DNA of 64,000 nucleotides, from the NCBI RefSeq assembly GCF_009914755.1, contig NC_060932.1; one strand, given 5' to 3'. Below the pieces are notes generated by a model. That model worked only from the letters and a program-made list of their open reading frames with translations. It ran no database searches and was not told the origin of the DNA. Numbering within the stretch: position 1 is the stretch's first letter; each line of letters begins with the position of its first letter. Origin of the DNA: the human T2T-CHM13v2.0 reference genome, Homo sapiens. Shown here piece after piece: positions 25,750 to 38,810 of the stretch. Made by a program: the position numbers and the translations under genes.

Positions 25750-26550
25750 CCTTCTTCTGTGCATCGCCGAGCACCCTGGATACCTCCCGCATTGGAAAGG
25801 GTGGTCCTGGGGTCCGGAGCGCCCCATCACTGCCCTCATTGTACCGAAGACCATCAGTTGCCCTCCCGTGTCCGCGGGCACTGACAGCAGAGACCGCATA
25901 GGCGCCCCGGTCTTACCCTTTCTCGCCCAGAAGGGCCCCATCGCGCTGTCCAGGAGGAGGCACCTACGTGCGCCCGGGAGACCGGGCCCCGGCTGGGCCG
26001 GGTGCCGGTGCGGACGGGACCCCGCGTCGCTGCTGGTTTGCGCTCAGGCCCGGGGAGCCGGGCCCGGCCCGCTCCGCCCGCCTTAGCCCGGCTTGGACAC
26101 GTGGTGCCGCGGAATCCCTTGCGCTCCGGTGCCCTCGGCCCCTCGGCCTCTGCAGCCAGCCGGGCGGCTGCTGGGGCTGAGGACAAAATGGAGAGAAGGG
26201 CGGGGGACCAAAGGGCAGGCACCGCTGGGTGGGGCGCAGCGGCGTGAGCACGCTGAGGGCCGCGCGCCGGGGGCGCCAGGATTCTGCTCCCTGGGCTCGC
26301 TGCCTGAAGGACCGGTTCCTGTTGCCAGGGCCCTGGCAGATTATGCTGCAGGATCTGTTTCTTGAAGAAGCCGCTCTCAGCGTGGGTGGCGCGCTGCAGA
26401 GACTCTGGGCTCCTGCCAGATGAGGGAGCCCCGGCGGAGGCCAGGAGGGCTTGCGTTGCACAATCTGGAGCGGATCCCCGGGGGCGGCTGAGGGCCTGGG
26501 ACCCCAGTCTCCCTCGAGGTCTTCACTCACCCCTCTGCTAAGGAGCACCC
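25750..26550. promoter_or_regulatory. SYBU: CpG island promoter of a minus-strand gene (tentatively the distal SYBU promoter)
   Basis: The only dense CpG/GC block outside repeats; GC boxes (~26075, ~26198), CACGTG at 26098-26103, TACGTG at 25965-25970, CCAAT pair at 25669 and 25678 just outside. The island call is firm; the gene name is inference and unverified. Confidence 0.55.
25917..26170 (-). other. SYBU: Candidate first exon (5'UTR with upstream ATG) ending at donor AGG|GTAAGA
   Basis: Minus strand reads ...GGACAGCGCGATGGGGCCCTTCTGGGCGAGAAAGG|GTAAGACC. TSS position is estimated and the gene assignment is tentative. Confidence 0.45.
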
Positions 26551-27662
26551 TTGTCCTCACGCTGGAGAGGAAGAGCCCTGAACACTGACTTCAGCGTGAA
26601 CCTAAGGTGCCCTTTAGGACAGTCTCCCTGGGAAAATTTATCTCGCGACCACAGCCTGCCTGTCTGGGGACAGCTAAGGAGGCGCGGCTCAAAACTAGGG
26701 GGCGAAGACTTACCTGCAGCTTCAAGCTCTTTCTAACTTCACCAGTGACCTTGGGCGCCTCATCTGAACAGTGTGTCTCTGTCTAAGTTTCCTGATCTTT
26801 GATCTGGGGATAAATGTGGCTGTTCACTTTCTAGTTCTCAGGAGATAGCAGCAATTGGGTTTAACAAAAATTCTCCAGACTTCTTTAATAGCAAGTGCAA
26901 TAGAGATATAATTTGTTTTGACTTTAGGTAGGGCTGACGGGAACCCCAGACTGGAAAGGATAATGTGTTCTAATTTCTTAGTCCAAATGCAAACTTAATA
27001 ATCAATCCCACTACCTGCTTTTCTCGGAAAATAGGTTTCTAAAGAGACTGTTGCAAAGGGGCTTTCTCCCTCAGAATTGCCAGAGTCCCAGCCAGGTAGC
27101 CCCATAAAGAACGCCTAGCTTTCCTAAGGCTCTTCATGATGAATCCAGTTACATCGTCCTATCATAGCTAAGGGTGAAAGAGTCACTACCACAGTTTGGC
27201 TAAAGACTCTTCTAGGTGAGATTCTTTTGATGTTGTTTGCTTACTCTGAGATTACTCTTCATTTTCACCCCTGAAGGAAGTTTCTGCACAAAAGGAAGGG
27301 ATGCTTCTGCATCCTACCCCTTCTCCTTTCGCTGCCTCCCTTCCTTACTGTATTCACTAGCCTTTAGCACACAGTTAGCTTAAAGTCCAACCTACTTACA
27401 TTCATGTGTGAGGAAACTTGGCAGCGCAAGTTTATGCAATGGAAACCCGACAATCTCATATTCCTACTTAACTTGGCACATGTTAAATGCATTAAGCGTT
27501 TCATTTTTAGTTCCAGTTCATTTTTGCTATCTGGTCATCTCTTCTACTTCTCACTGTAAGGCTTAGACGTGAAGATTTCTTCTCTGTAGTGTTTTCTAAG
27601 CCCTAGAAATCCCTCCCCCACTGAAAATACATATCATAACACAATGCAACCCATCCCAACAA

Positions 27663-27845
27663 TTTCTTTTTCTTTTCTCCTTTCTTTCCCCTTCCCTCCC
27701 CTCCCCTTCCCTCCCCTCCCCTCCCCTTCCCTCCCCTCCCCTCCCCTTCCCTCCCCTTCCCTTCCCTTCCCTCTTTGCCAAACTGTGACATAGGAGGTCT
27801 TAGTATGTTCCTTCCCTCCCTCCCCACCCCTCCCCTTCTACCTCT
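27663..27845. repeat. Pyrimidine-rich (CCCTC/CCCTT)n tract
   Basis: Over 100 nt of pure C/T at 27663-27776, with a second C-rich patch at ~27808-27845. Confidence 0.95.
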
Positions 27846-28885
27846 ATTCAAAGTCCAACCATTGAGTTTAATCCTCCTTTGGCCTTAAAGGGATATAAGT
27901 GCCCTCCTTTGGCTTTGGTCAAAACTGCTCTCTGCTCAATATTTCCTTCACCAGATTAGCTTATGTTCTCTTCGAACTATGCTCTAGGAACTCGGCTTTC
28001 TGTCTTCCTTCTATCCATAATCCAGGCTTCCAGGACCTCTGCATCAGGTATTCCTGGATTGTTTTTATTGAATTCCAACTAGTTATTTATAAGATCATTT
28101 GTGAAGCTAAAAAAAAAAGTGTACACAAAGTGCTATGAAAATGTAAGACTATTAGGTTAAAGATAACCAGTCTCATGCCCTTGCACGTAAACAGTTTCCT
28201 TTAGAATGGGGATTGCTACCTATCTGGAAGGAAATGTCATTCTATTTTTATTCTGAAGACTTAAGGGCACCGAGAGTGTATATGTGAGAGAGGTGGGAGG
28301 GGTAGGGGTGAGGGTGGTAAAATAGGGAAGAGGAAAGGGCAGACATGGAGTTCCTGAGCGGGAATGGTCAAGTGGACTAGAAGATAGAAAGAGGAAAGGG
28401 AAAAATCTTGTTTTTGGTTTTCATCAGACTGGCCACAGTCCTGACTGTACTGTGGAATAAAAGGAGGAGGCTCATATGTAGGCGCTTTCTTCCTTGCTCT
28501 TTGTCTACATACTTCCTCCACGATGTATCTTCTATAAGAGGACCTTCTGAAACTGAGAATATAGTAAATACCTCTCGATGAATATCAAAGCACAAATAAT
28601 CGAACTCAAATTTTGCTGGAATTCCAAGAATACAATGTAATTGTAGAAACAGTTGTAGAAATCATTTAGGAGGAAGGTTTAAATTGGGGAGTTTATGCAA
28701 TTGCAGATTGCAGAGTGGAGTGGAGATTGCGGGACTTTAAAAGATGATCTAATCCAGGTTTTTAGATGTTATATCAGTCATGCTTCCTTAGTTTTGGGTT
28801 TCAGTTTTTTCTCCTTTTTGACTCCCAACTTCTTCCCAAAACCCATATGTTTCCAAACCAGGACTTATTCCTCATGGCTATCAAT

Positions 28886-28934
28886 ACAACACAACACAAC
28901 ACAACACAACACAACACAACACAACAACAACAAC
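28886..28934. repeat. (ACAAC)n pentamer grading into (CAA)n
   Basis: Direct reading. Confidence 0.92.
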
Positions 28935-29970
28935 TACAAACCTTCCCTATTCCTACTTGTTTTCCCCTAGATTTTAGATTTGAATTAGACTAAAGAAAAT
29001 TCCTTCTTTTAACTTCCTAAGACCTGAGAAGGGTGCTAAATAAGCAGCTCACAAGTTGGAGGGGTCAAATGATGCCCAGAAGCCACATGCTCATATAAGA
29101 AATCCAAAGTTAAAGGAAAACAAATTCAGTTAAAGTGATTGCAAAGAAATGCTAGTCTTTCTTATCTAGAGTTAAGGTGTAATTTTCTTGTTCTAAAAAT
29201 ACTTAAAGTTCAGTTTTCATTGCTTCTATCAAAAATATGAATAATATTAATAATTATTGATTTTATTAGCCATATATAATTAATATAATAAATAATAATA
29301 TTGTTAATATTTTATTAATAATTAATAGAATTAATATTTAAGATCTATCTATAATTTACTTATTCAGTAATCTATATCCAGTACCATATTCCAAGCCTAT
29401 CTTATCTTTCCTTTCTCTCTCTGTATTTCCTTAAGACTTGTTCACTAAAGTGTGAATAGATTGATATGTTACTCCTCCAAGGTAACAGAATGGGGAGGAA
29501 TTCACATTTGCTGAGTATATACTGTAAACTAAGCACGAATTTATGTTGTCTAATTTAATTATTACATTTTTCTTAAGAAAGTAGTTATTCCTATACACTT
29601 TGCTGATGCAAAAAAGGAGACCATGACTTGTTGACAATCACAAAGCTATTAAATTGTCCAATGGGGATTTGAAGCTAAATACTTATGATTATTTTGTATT
29701 CCTACCCACTGTAGAGGCTTTCTGGAGGCAATGCTTTCACTCAAAGGAATAAGTCCAATGGGAGAAATATTAGATGCTACTGCAGGATGTAGGGGGAGTA
29801 GATTTGGTCATGTGCTGGGAATACAGTAGGTCTTTTGTGTATTAAATATGCAGTAGTGTTAGACTCCCTTAAACCACACATATGCTGACTAATATTTATT
29901 GAAAACTTATTTTGAAAAAAGATTATTTATTAAAATTCCTGGGTCTACATCATGATTTTACAAGTATTAA

Positions 29971-30286
<316 letters not shown>

Positions 30287-30728
30287 AACAACTTTTATTC
30301 ATAACAGACACATTTAGTGAAATGAGATGCACGCTGAAGTCGTATACCCTCTCTGAGCTTATAATCCTTATCCGGAAAACAGAAATAGTAAGTACTATCA
30401 TTCTTCGGGAATTTGAAGTAAGTGTCAAAGGAAATAGTGGAAACAAAAGTGCTTTGTGAGCTGTAACTATGTATACATTATTGTACATGAAAATAAGAAA
30501 AGAACTCATTAGAAACACAGTGAATGAAGTGGAAAATGAATATTTTATAATTCAGGTAAGCTTTGCACACATAAGAGTCATGAAATTTTAGCATAGATAA
30601 GAAATGTATAGATTAGTTAATTTCCCCTGTTTTGTAAATGAGGAAACAAATGCCCAGAGAAAGTAAACTGTCTACAATCACATTACATTCTTAAGAATAT
30701 TGTTGAAAATTCTAAAATAAGAAAGTGG

Positions 30729-31041
<313 letters not shown>

Positions 31042-31059
31042 TCATGAGAACAGGCAGCG

Positions 31060-31260
31060 TCAGTCAATTAAAATTTATTGAGTGGCTATTATATGTCAGG
31101 CACAGTTTTAGATGCTAGGACTATAGTGATGAACAAAATAGTATATTTGCCTTCAAATAAATGATATTCTAATAGACAGAGTTAGATAAAAGGAGTGCGA
31201 GAAAACAAGGTCATTTCAGGCACTAATCACTGTTTTAAAGAAGTTAAAATGGGAGATGGA
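31060..31260 (-). mobile_element. L2 relic
   Basis: ATTTATTGAGTGGCTATTATATGTCAGGCACAGTTTTAGATGCTAGGA..TAGTGATGAACAAAA, a typical antisense L2 3' end. Confidence 0.65.
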
Positions 31261-32267
31261 GTTGTTGAGTGGAAGCCTGGAGCTCAGAAATTTCCACACT
31301 GGAGGTAAACATTTCAGTCTTCATCACATAGAAAATTTTACAGCAATGGAATTTTTAAGTGAATAATTCATTCCTAAATGTAAGCGATTTTCTGTTGTCC
31401 GGTTGCTGTGTAAGCAAGGTGGTTCAAACATGACCTAGCTTGTCTTCCAAAACTGAAGCCACCTGAAGGCGCTCCGCCAGGGCCGAGCAGACCATCACCA
31501 TAGCAACGGATCTTGTCAAAGAGGAGAGTGAATCTTTTCCCGTTTTGAGGCTTTAATCATATGTCTGCCATCATAAAATGAAGGTGTTTATGGCCACACT
31601 TCTATTCCTTGTGTTAAGGCCCACAAATGTGCCTCAAATCCATTTCAGTGATTGCTGATGAGATGCGACTTGCGGCTCCTCTGGAGGAACATGCTTTTAT
31701 TAGTGTGTTATGTGTCCAAATAACCCCAACTTCTGAGCTGAACTTGATAATGGCTTCTTCATATGTCTGTTTTTTAAGATATGTGTGCAAACCATCACTC
31801 AATTTAGATTTTCTCATCAAAATTATCTAGAGTGCCTGTTTTTGCTTATCGTGTAATTTTTTATGGCATGTTAGAAAATATAACTCCCATAATCTTTATT
31901 TAGTGCTGTGGTAGCAGTTACTGTAAGTTCTTCTCAGGTAAAACAAACTTTGAATTTAGAGAGGAAATAATGAAGCCAAATATTACAGATTTTCAGTATA
32001 GTCTTCCTCAAGGTCTATGATCAAAAAGGCCCTCTAATGCCCCGGAACACCCAGGTTTCACGGTGACTTTATGTTCTACCTTTAAAGAATAATTTCTATC
32101 AATTGGCACTGAGTTTGCCTTATAGTTGTATTTGATTTTTCTAAAGTAAAGAAAAACAAGTACATTATGGAAAGTTTTAAAATGCAGAAAAGCATAAAGA
32201 AGAAAAAATCCTTTGTAATCTCTCACTCAAAGATAAATACTAATAATATGTATCTTTTCCATGTAAC

Positions 32268-32569
32268 TTTTTTTGGGGGGTGGTGCGGGTAGGGAAGTCT
32301 CACTCTATCACCCAGGCTGGAGCACGGTGGCCATTCTCAGCTCACTGCAACCTCTTCCTCCTGGGCTCAAGGGATTTTCCTGCCTCAGCCTCCCAAGTAG
32401 CTGGGATTACAGGTGCCCACCACTACGCCTGGCTAATTTTTGTATTTTTAGTAGAGACGGGGTTTTACCATGTTAGCCAGGCTGGTCTTGAACTCCTAAC
32501 CTCAAGTGATCTGCCCACCTCTGCCTCCCAAAGGGCTGGGATTACAGGTGTGAGCCACCGTGCCCAGCC
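32268..32569 (-). mobile_element. AluS/J with G-rich decayed tail
   Basis: Antisense dimer ending GTGAGCCACCGTGCCCAGCC. Confidence 0.93.
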
Positions 32570-34837
32570 TTTTTCATACAACTTTTAAAGTAAAATGGAA
32601 AGTTACTGAATATACTATGGTAAATAATATTTTTTGTCACAAGACTATATACATTATAGAAAGCATAGAAAATGTAAGATAAAAAATAGAAAATAAAAAT
32701 CACATTCTCTGCCGTAACCATAATTATAATTTTTTCTATATTTTTCTATGAATATAAATTTTATCTATATGACATATGTATATATTCTAATGACATACAT
32801 ATATTTTTAAATGAGATTCCCTGTTTTGCAGCTTAATTTTCCCACCAAACATTACATGTAATTATACCTATTAGTGGCTATTCCGCTACACGTTATTTTA
32901 ACAGCTTCATAATAACAAGGCCATACTATACAGCTTCTGTCACAATGTAGATGCGCTTAGACAGTGTCGTGTCTTCATGCAAAGGAGTAAGTTCATATCA
33001 AATTGAAATGAATGTCTTTAACAATTTTATGCACAGCAAATCAAGATAACAATGCACAATAAATCAAGGCTATTAAGGCAATTGTTAAGGGAAAACTCAG
33101 TAGCAAATTAGTGAGTTTGAAAGTTATGGATATGAAAGGCTTAGGGCAGCCCCCCACCCCCAGTTTGTTGATGATGCATATATGTGTGTAGACCTGTGAT
33201 CAGGGCATTATATGGTAGGTCATCTATAGTTATAAAGGTTATGCAAAAGGTATTGAACAATGTTAAAGCACCAATGTATTTTTTCACAGTGTGATTATAC
33301 ACATATACATAAAGAAAGATATAGAAGATATAAATATTATAGGTAAAGATACAGAGAGCTGAATGGCAACCACGAAAAGAAGGCCAGCTGCGGCTTTTCT
33401 TTAACTCGGTATAACCATGTTAAACTTGGTGGCCCTCCTAGCTACCTGGTTCCAAAATGTGCCTGGTGATTTGATTTTTATAATTGTAAAAGTTACCACT
33501 GTAGAACAGCATCACAAATGGTTGAGTTTTATGAGACTAATGCTTTGAGTTTACACACTGGCACTGAATTTTGAGGACTAGACTGGAGACCAGCAAATCA
33601 GGAACCAGTAAACCAGTTCCTACATTTTATCCAACCAGTGTGGCTCTTTGAATGAGTTCATAATGTATTTTACAGTGAGGGTCATAGAACAATACCACAT
33701 GCATTAGATAAATTTTGGAGCCTACCCTCCATCAAATAAATCAAATCCTCAATTTCAACACACTTCCCAGGTGATTGTATGGACATCAAATTATTGAAAA
33801 GACTGAGAATTAAGGTAATTAATTCAGAGAATTAAGAAAAAATTTCTGTGAGCTCCTTAGCATTAGGCATTTTGTTTTTTTCTTATTTATGTCTCTGTCA
33901 CTGCCTGGCCCATGGAAAGTGATGGTTATATTTGTTATTGACTGTTTGTTTTGATATTTCTAATGTTTTAATAAGTTCTTGTCTTGTATTTTTCCCCAAA
34001 ACATCTTGTAAAAACTTTGAAACAAGTCTCATAATCTCTGTGATTATTCCTTGCATACAGTAGGCACTTAATGAATGTAGTAGGCACTCAATGAATATTG
34101 ACTGCATGAATGTGTTAAAAAATATGTGATGAAACATAATCACTCTCATCTCAGAGCAGTGAGCTACCTCCAATTCCTGGGAGACTGTCTTCTGTCCCTT
34201 AAGGTCAGGAGTCACATTTAGGAGTCAGAACCTGTGTTTTATCTCTGTCAAGAATTCCACATAATCACAGATGAGTTACTAAGCCCCACTGACTTCACTA
34301 AGCCCTACTGACTTCAGCTTTGTAATCTGTAGAATAGAGAAAGTTGCAGAGATTCAGTGAGATGAAACCCATAAGGATACCTTGAAATTAATGAAGTGCT
34401 TTTCAAACCTAAGTTATTATTACTCTTACTTATCCTCTTCATCAAGGTGGTAAACATCACAAACTTTTTCACCTGCCTCAGTTCTTAGGAGAGCTAATCA
34501 CTGTCTTGTGATAAGCTTGGGGCAAGAGTACATTACATTTAAGAAATCTGTCAATGTGTGATATCCTTAAGGAATGAGATGGCAAATAAGTTGACTGATG
34601 TCCACCATTTCACCTCTGGTATCCAAAGCAAACAGCAATAGTGAATTATAGTTCTAGTTCTTATGCAGTCAAAGGTGGCCTCACAAGCTTTCTCAACACA
34701 GCACCACAGGCAACCCCTGTAACTAACTGGCATTGACCCTTCTATGAAACCCTATCTGCCATCTCTGATGAATAAAACTAGAAGTTTGCATGTATTAGAT
34801 TTGAGTTATATACATATTTCTTAAAAATATGAGATTA

Positions 34838-35272
34838 CAGATGACTCTCGAACGACATGGGTTTGAACTGTGCAGGTCCACTTATACATGTTTTTCTTCT
34901 GCCTCTGCCACCCCTGAGATAGCAAGACCAATCCCTCCTCCTCCTTCTCAGCCAACTAAGTGTGAAGATGATGAAGATGAAGACCTTTGTAATGATCTAC
35001 TTCTACATAATGAATAGTAAATGTATTTTCTCTTCTTTATGATTTTACTAATAACATTTTCTTTTCTCTAGCTTACTTCATTGTAAAATACAGTATGGAA
35101 TACATATTACACAAAAAATATGTGTTAATCAACTATTTAGGTTACTTATAAGGCTCCTAACCAACAGTAGGCTATTAGTAGTTAAGTCTAGGGGAGCCAA
35201 AAGTTATACATACATTTTTGACTGCACGGGGGGCTGGCACCCTTAACTTCCTAGTTGTTGAAGGATCAACTG
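34838..35272 (+). mobile_element. Tigger2a/MER28-like TcMar MITE, full length
   Basis: TIRs CAGATGACTCTCGAACGAC ... GTTGTTGAAGGATCAACTG flanked by TA target duplications; 435 bp. Confidence 0.88.
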
Positions 35273-36002
35273 TATAGTATATGTGTGAAGGAAATATGGG
35301 ATGTGTATATATATAGATGTACATGTTATATGTTAGATGATATAGGCCATAAAATGTGTGTGTGGAGATGGGTGGGTAGATGTATTTGTAAAATAAAGAG
35401 AAACCAAGGGGGTTTCAAGGTCACATTTTTAGGATACACTTTAACATAAAAATTCACAATAAAAGCTTCTCAAAGGATTTTAAAGAACAATATGAAGATT
35501 ATGTAGGTCTTCCAGCTGTCAACAAGTGTTAAAGTTGCCCTCTCTGGTCCAGGCACCAGAACCAGAGTTCCCACTGGGAGACCCAAGATGGGTCTTATTT
35601 ATTTGGAACAGCACACAAACTTAAAATATCTGGATGACTTAGCTTTACAATGAACTGTTTGTTATAACTAAATGAGATCCTAATTTAGTTCCCTTGTGGT
35701 AGAAATACTAACAGTTTTTTGGAATGGTGTCTCATCATCTCCCTTAGCATCTTAGTCAAGTATTTCATGTCCTAAGTGAACTTTCCCATTTGAAAAAAGT
35801 TGGTCCACTTATAGAGCATCTAGTAATATGCTAGACAGTGCTAGATGCTAGGAACACATCTGATATCCCAAAGTGTAGATTAAGTTCTTCTCTTATATGC
35901 TACCATAGCACTTTATTTTCCACTACCAAAATACATATCATGTTATGTTATAACTGCTGGTGGTTTTTTTTGAGTCATTATTATATCTTTATTGGTTAAA
36001 CC

Positions 36003-36200
36003 GTGAATTGTCAAACTTTTTCTGTAAAGGGTCAGATGGTAAACATTTTAGGATCTGAGTACACAGTCTCTGTAACAAATACTCACCTCATAATTGCAGG
36101 GTAAAAGTAGCCATAGACAATATGAAAGTGAATAGGTGTGACTGTGTTCCACTGAAACTTTATTTATAAAAACAGGTCATCGGTTGAAATTTTCCCACCA
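36003..36200 (+). mobile_element. MER58A-like hAT element
   Basis: CAAACTTTTTCTGTAAAGGGTCAGATGGTAAACATTTTAGG...GCCATAGACAATATG...CTGTGTTCCA..AAACTTTATTTATAAAAACAGG. Confidence 0.8.
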
Positions 36201-36279
36201 TTGCTTGGCATATGATAAATGCTCAATAGGTTTTTATAATTAGGAATAGTGATACATCAGTTTTGTTAAATGAATAAAC

Positions 36280-36640
36280 GAAAACATAATGAAACACAGC
36301 ACAGTATTCACTTTCATGAATCTTAGATTCCAGTGGAGATGGAAACAATTAAAATATAGTATGAAAAGTCCTGTGATGGACCATGTGCAATGTATTCTGA
36401 AAGCCCAGAGAACAGGCATCCTAATTAAGCTGGGAGAGAGAATTAGAAAGGCTTCCTGGAAGAGGTAGATTCTGAGTTCTATTTTGAAGAAAGAGTAGGA
36501 GTTATATGGTGACATGACAGGGAGAAAGGTGTCCTAGATAGAGGATATAGCACCATGTACAAAGGCAGAGCGGCAGGCATAGGACCCCATGATACATTTG
36601 GAGGGCTGCAGGTAGTTTGGTATGGGAATTTTAACTATGG
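36280..36640 (-). mobile_element. L2 relic
   Basis: AGAAAGGCTTCCTGGAAGAGGTAG..TCTGAG...AGCACCATGTACAAAGGC, typical of L2. Confidence 0.65.
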
Positions 36641-36814
36641 AAGATGGTTTTGCAGTTTAGTTCTTCTATCGGTGCTGTAACTTCTTTGTCTATTTTCCTC
36701 TGGGGCCTACTCAATTATTCTTTTTCTCTATTCTGTCTCTCTTACTGGCTTTTTTACCTTAGTGGCTAAACATACTCAAGAGTTTCCTATATTTTAAACT
36801 ACTATTTTCATTTC

Positions 36815-37115
36815 TACTATCATTACTACCATCACCACCACTACCACCATCACCTCCGCCTTTACTATTTCCATTACCTTTGGCTTAACTGTCATCACTT
36901 TGACCACCTTCATCATCATTTAAACCATCACCACCCCGTGACCACTGTACCTCCACCACCTCCACCATGTTCATTCCCACTACCTTTATCACCTCCAAGA
37001 CCACCACTGCTGCTACCATCTCCACCTATATCACCTCCACTATCACCTCCAACATCAACTCTGCTATCTACTTCACCAGCTTTACCACAATCACCACCAT
37101 TGCCATATCCATAAC
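36815..37115. repeat. Degenerate (CAC/CAT/TAC)n low-complexity tract
   Basis: Triplet-periodic, G-poor top strand. Confidence 0.85.
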
Positions 37116-38479
37116 CTTCCTTTAGTTCTCCATTCCTCTCATCAGTCATGACATCACCTTGTTTCACAACAACCTTCTTGAAAGAGTAGTATCACGTTGC
37201 CTTTCCTCTTTTGTTACCCTTATTTGTTGCTTAGCCAATTAAAAACTGGTTTCTATTCTTATCACTCAGTTGAAAGTATTTAAAATAAATTCACTACTTT
37301 CTGTGATCACAACATTGCCACATTCGGTGAACACTTTCGGCCCTTAACTCACTTAATCTCATTGCAGCCTTTGGTTCTGCTTTCTACTTCTTTCTTAAAA
37401 ATATTTTTTTCCTTTGGTTTTGTAATAATAAAACTTCTGGTTACCTTCTAATTTTCTATCCTCTCCTTTTTCAGTCTTTTCTAAGGGCAAATCACCATCC
37501 ACTTATTCCTTAAATGTGGTTTTCCCTGGCTGTCTGCTATTCTTGCAGTCTTTAGGTGACTGCAAATGTAACCTCTCACACTCATTTCCTACATCCAGTG
37601 AATAAGAGCAAGGCAATTTGATGCAAATGAATAAAAAGACTTGGGTAAAGAGGTGAAAGTTTGGCAAAGCTGCTGAGGGAAGTAAGAAAAGGAGCTGACT
37701 AAGGCATTCTGGTCAGGGCATGGAGCCTAGGCCAGCTGAGGCTGCATATCGTAAATGTGTGGTGTTTTGAAACCACTCAGTTGTAGATTTTTTTCCAGCA
37801 TCCTAAGAGTATGAAAGAAATTAAATATGTGGAAATGTGGCTAGAAAAAGGGATAGAATATTTAAATGTTTTTCCTTACAATCTTCACTATGACTATTCC
37901 CTTAACCAGGAATCATATAATCAAATAGTTAGAGGGCATGGTTATTAAAAGATAGTCATCCCTAACTATTTTGTAGTGAAAGCAAAATACTGTTCCTGTT
38001 GAGTGTGGTAATTCTTTATTTTACTCATCCATGATTTTAAAAGATTTATAGGTTTTACTTGTATTGTTTTAAATTAATGTGGTATAGAGTTAGATTTGTC
38101 TAAATCCCTTAATGTCATCTTCGTAGACTTTCTTGAGATGATTTATCAAAAACAACTCCTGCAACAGACAAAATAAATTTGATGTAAATATTTGGAGTTA
38201 CATCTGCCCGATCAGTAAGAGGTCTCCTATATTTTTAGGATTGGGTCTAAACCAGTTTATTTTTAACCAGAATCTTTGATCATATATGGGCAAACATGAG
38301 GCTGAATTCATATGGGTTATTTGGCATTCTACGTCATCTTGCATTTTCTGCTGCAGATTCTTGGATGCAGCACTTGAAATTATTTGAAGTCAGAGAAATT
38401 TATATTTTGAATAAAATCCAGACATTTTAACATGGATTTTCATTAGTTTTCTTGTCTATCTCACCAGGCTCAACGTTCC

Positions 38480-38810
38480 ACTCTTTCTAACCTCACAATA
38501 TACACTCCAGCCATATTGAATTACTTCCAAATTCTCAGCCATGCCACATCTTCTCTCACAAAACGGTGAGAGAACTCTTATGAATTCTTCAAGACGTCCT
38601 CTTCTTTAGGAAGTCTTCCTTGACACCCTGATGTTAACTGTATCATAGGACTTAGTGCATCATATTGCAGTAATTCTATCTTTGCCACCTCTGCTAGACA
38701 ATAAGATTTTTGGGGACTTTGTTTTTATCCTGGTATACCCACTGTCTAGCACAAGGCTTGACAATCAAAGATATTCAAACATTGTTATTCGGTTGAGTGA
38801 ATCAACGAGT
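38480..38810 (+). mobile_element. L2 relic
   Basis: ACACTCCAGCCATATTGAA...GGAAGTCTTCCTTGAC...CTGTCTAGCACAAGGCTTGAC...TGAGTGAAT. Confidence 0.6.

Noticed and set aside
25524-26736. Many overlapping 60-198 aa ORFs over the CpG island
   Set aside because: Pro/Arg/Gly/Ala-rich ORFs in all frames are expected from stop-codon scarcity in GC-rich DNA; no recognisable domain.
29240-29345. AT-only quasi-palindromic stretch
   Set aside because: Low-complexity AAT/ATT sequence; self-complementarity is expected by composition.
36928-37167. Gly-rich 79-aa ORF
   Set aside because: By-product of the degenerate triplet repeat.
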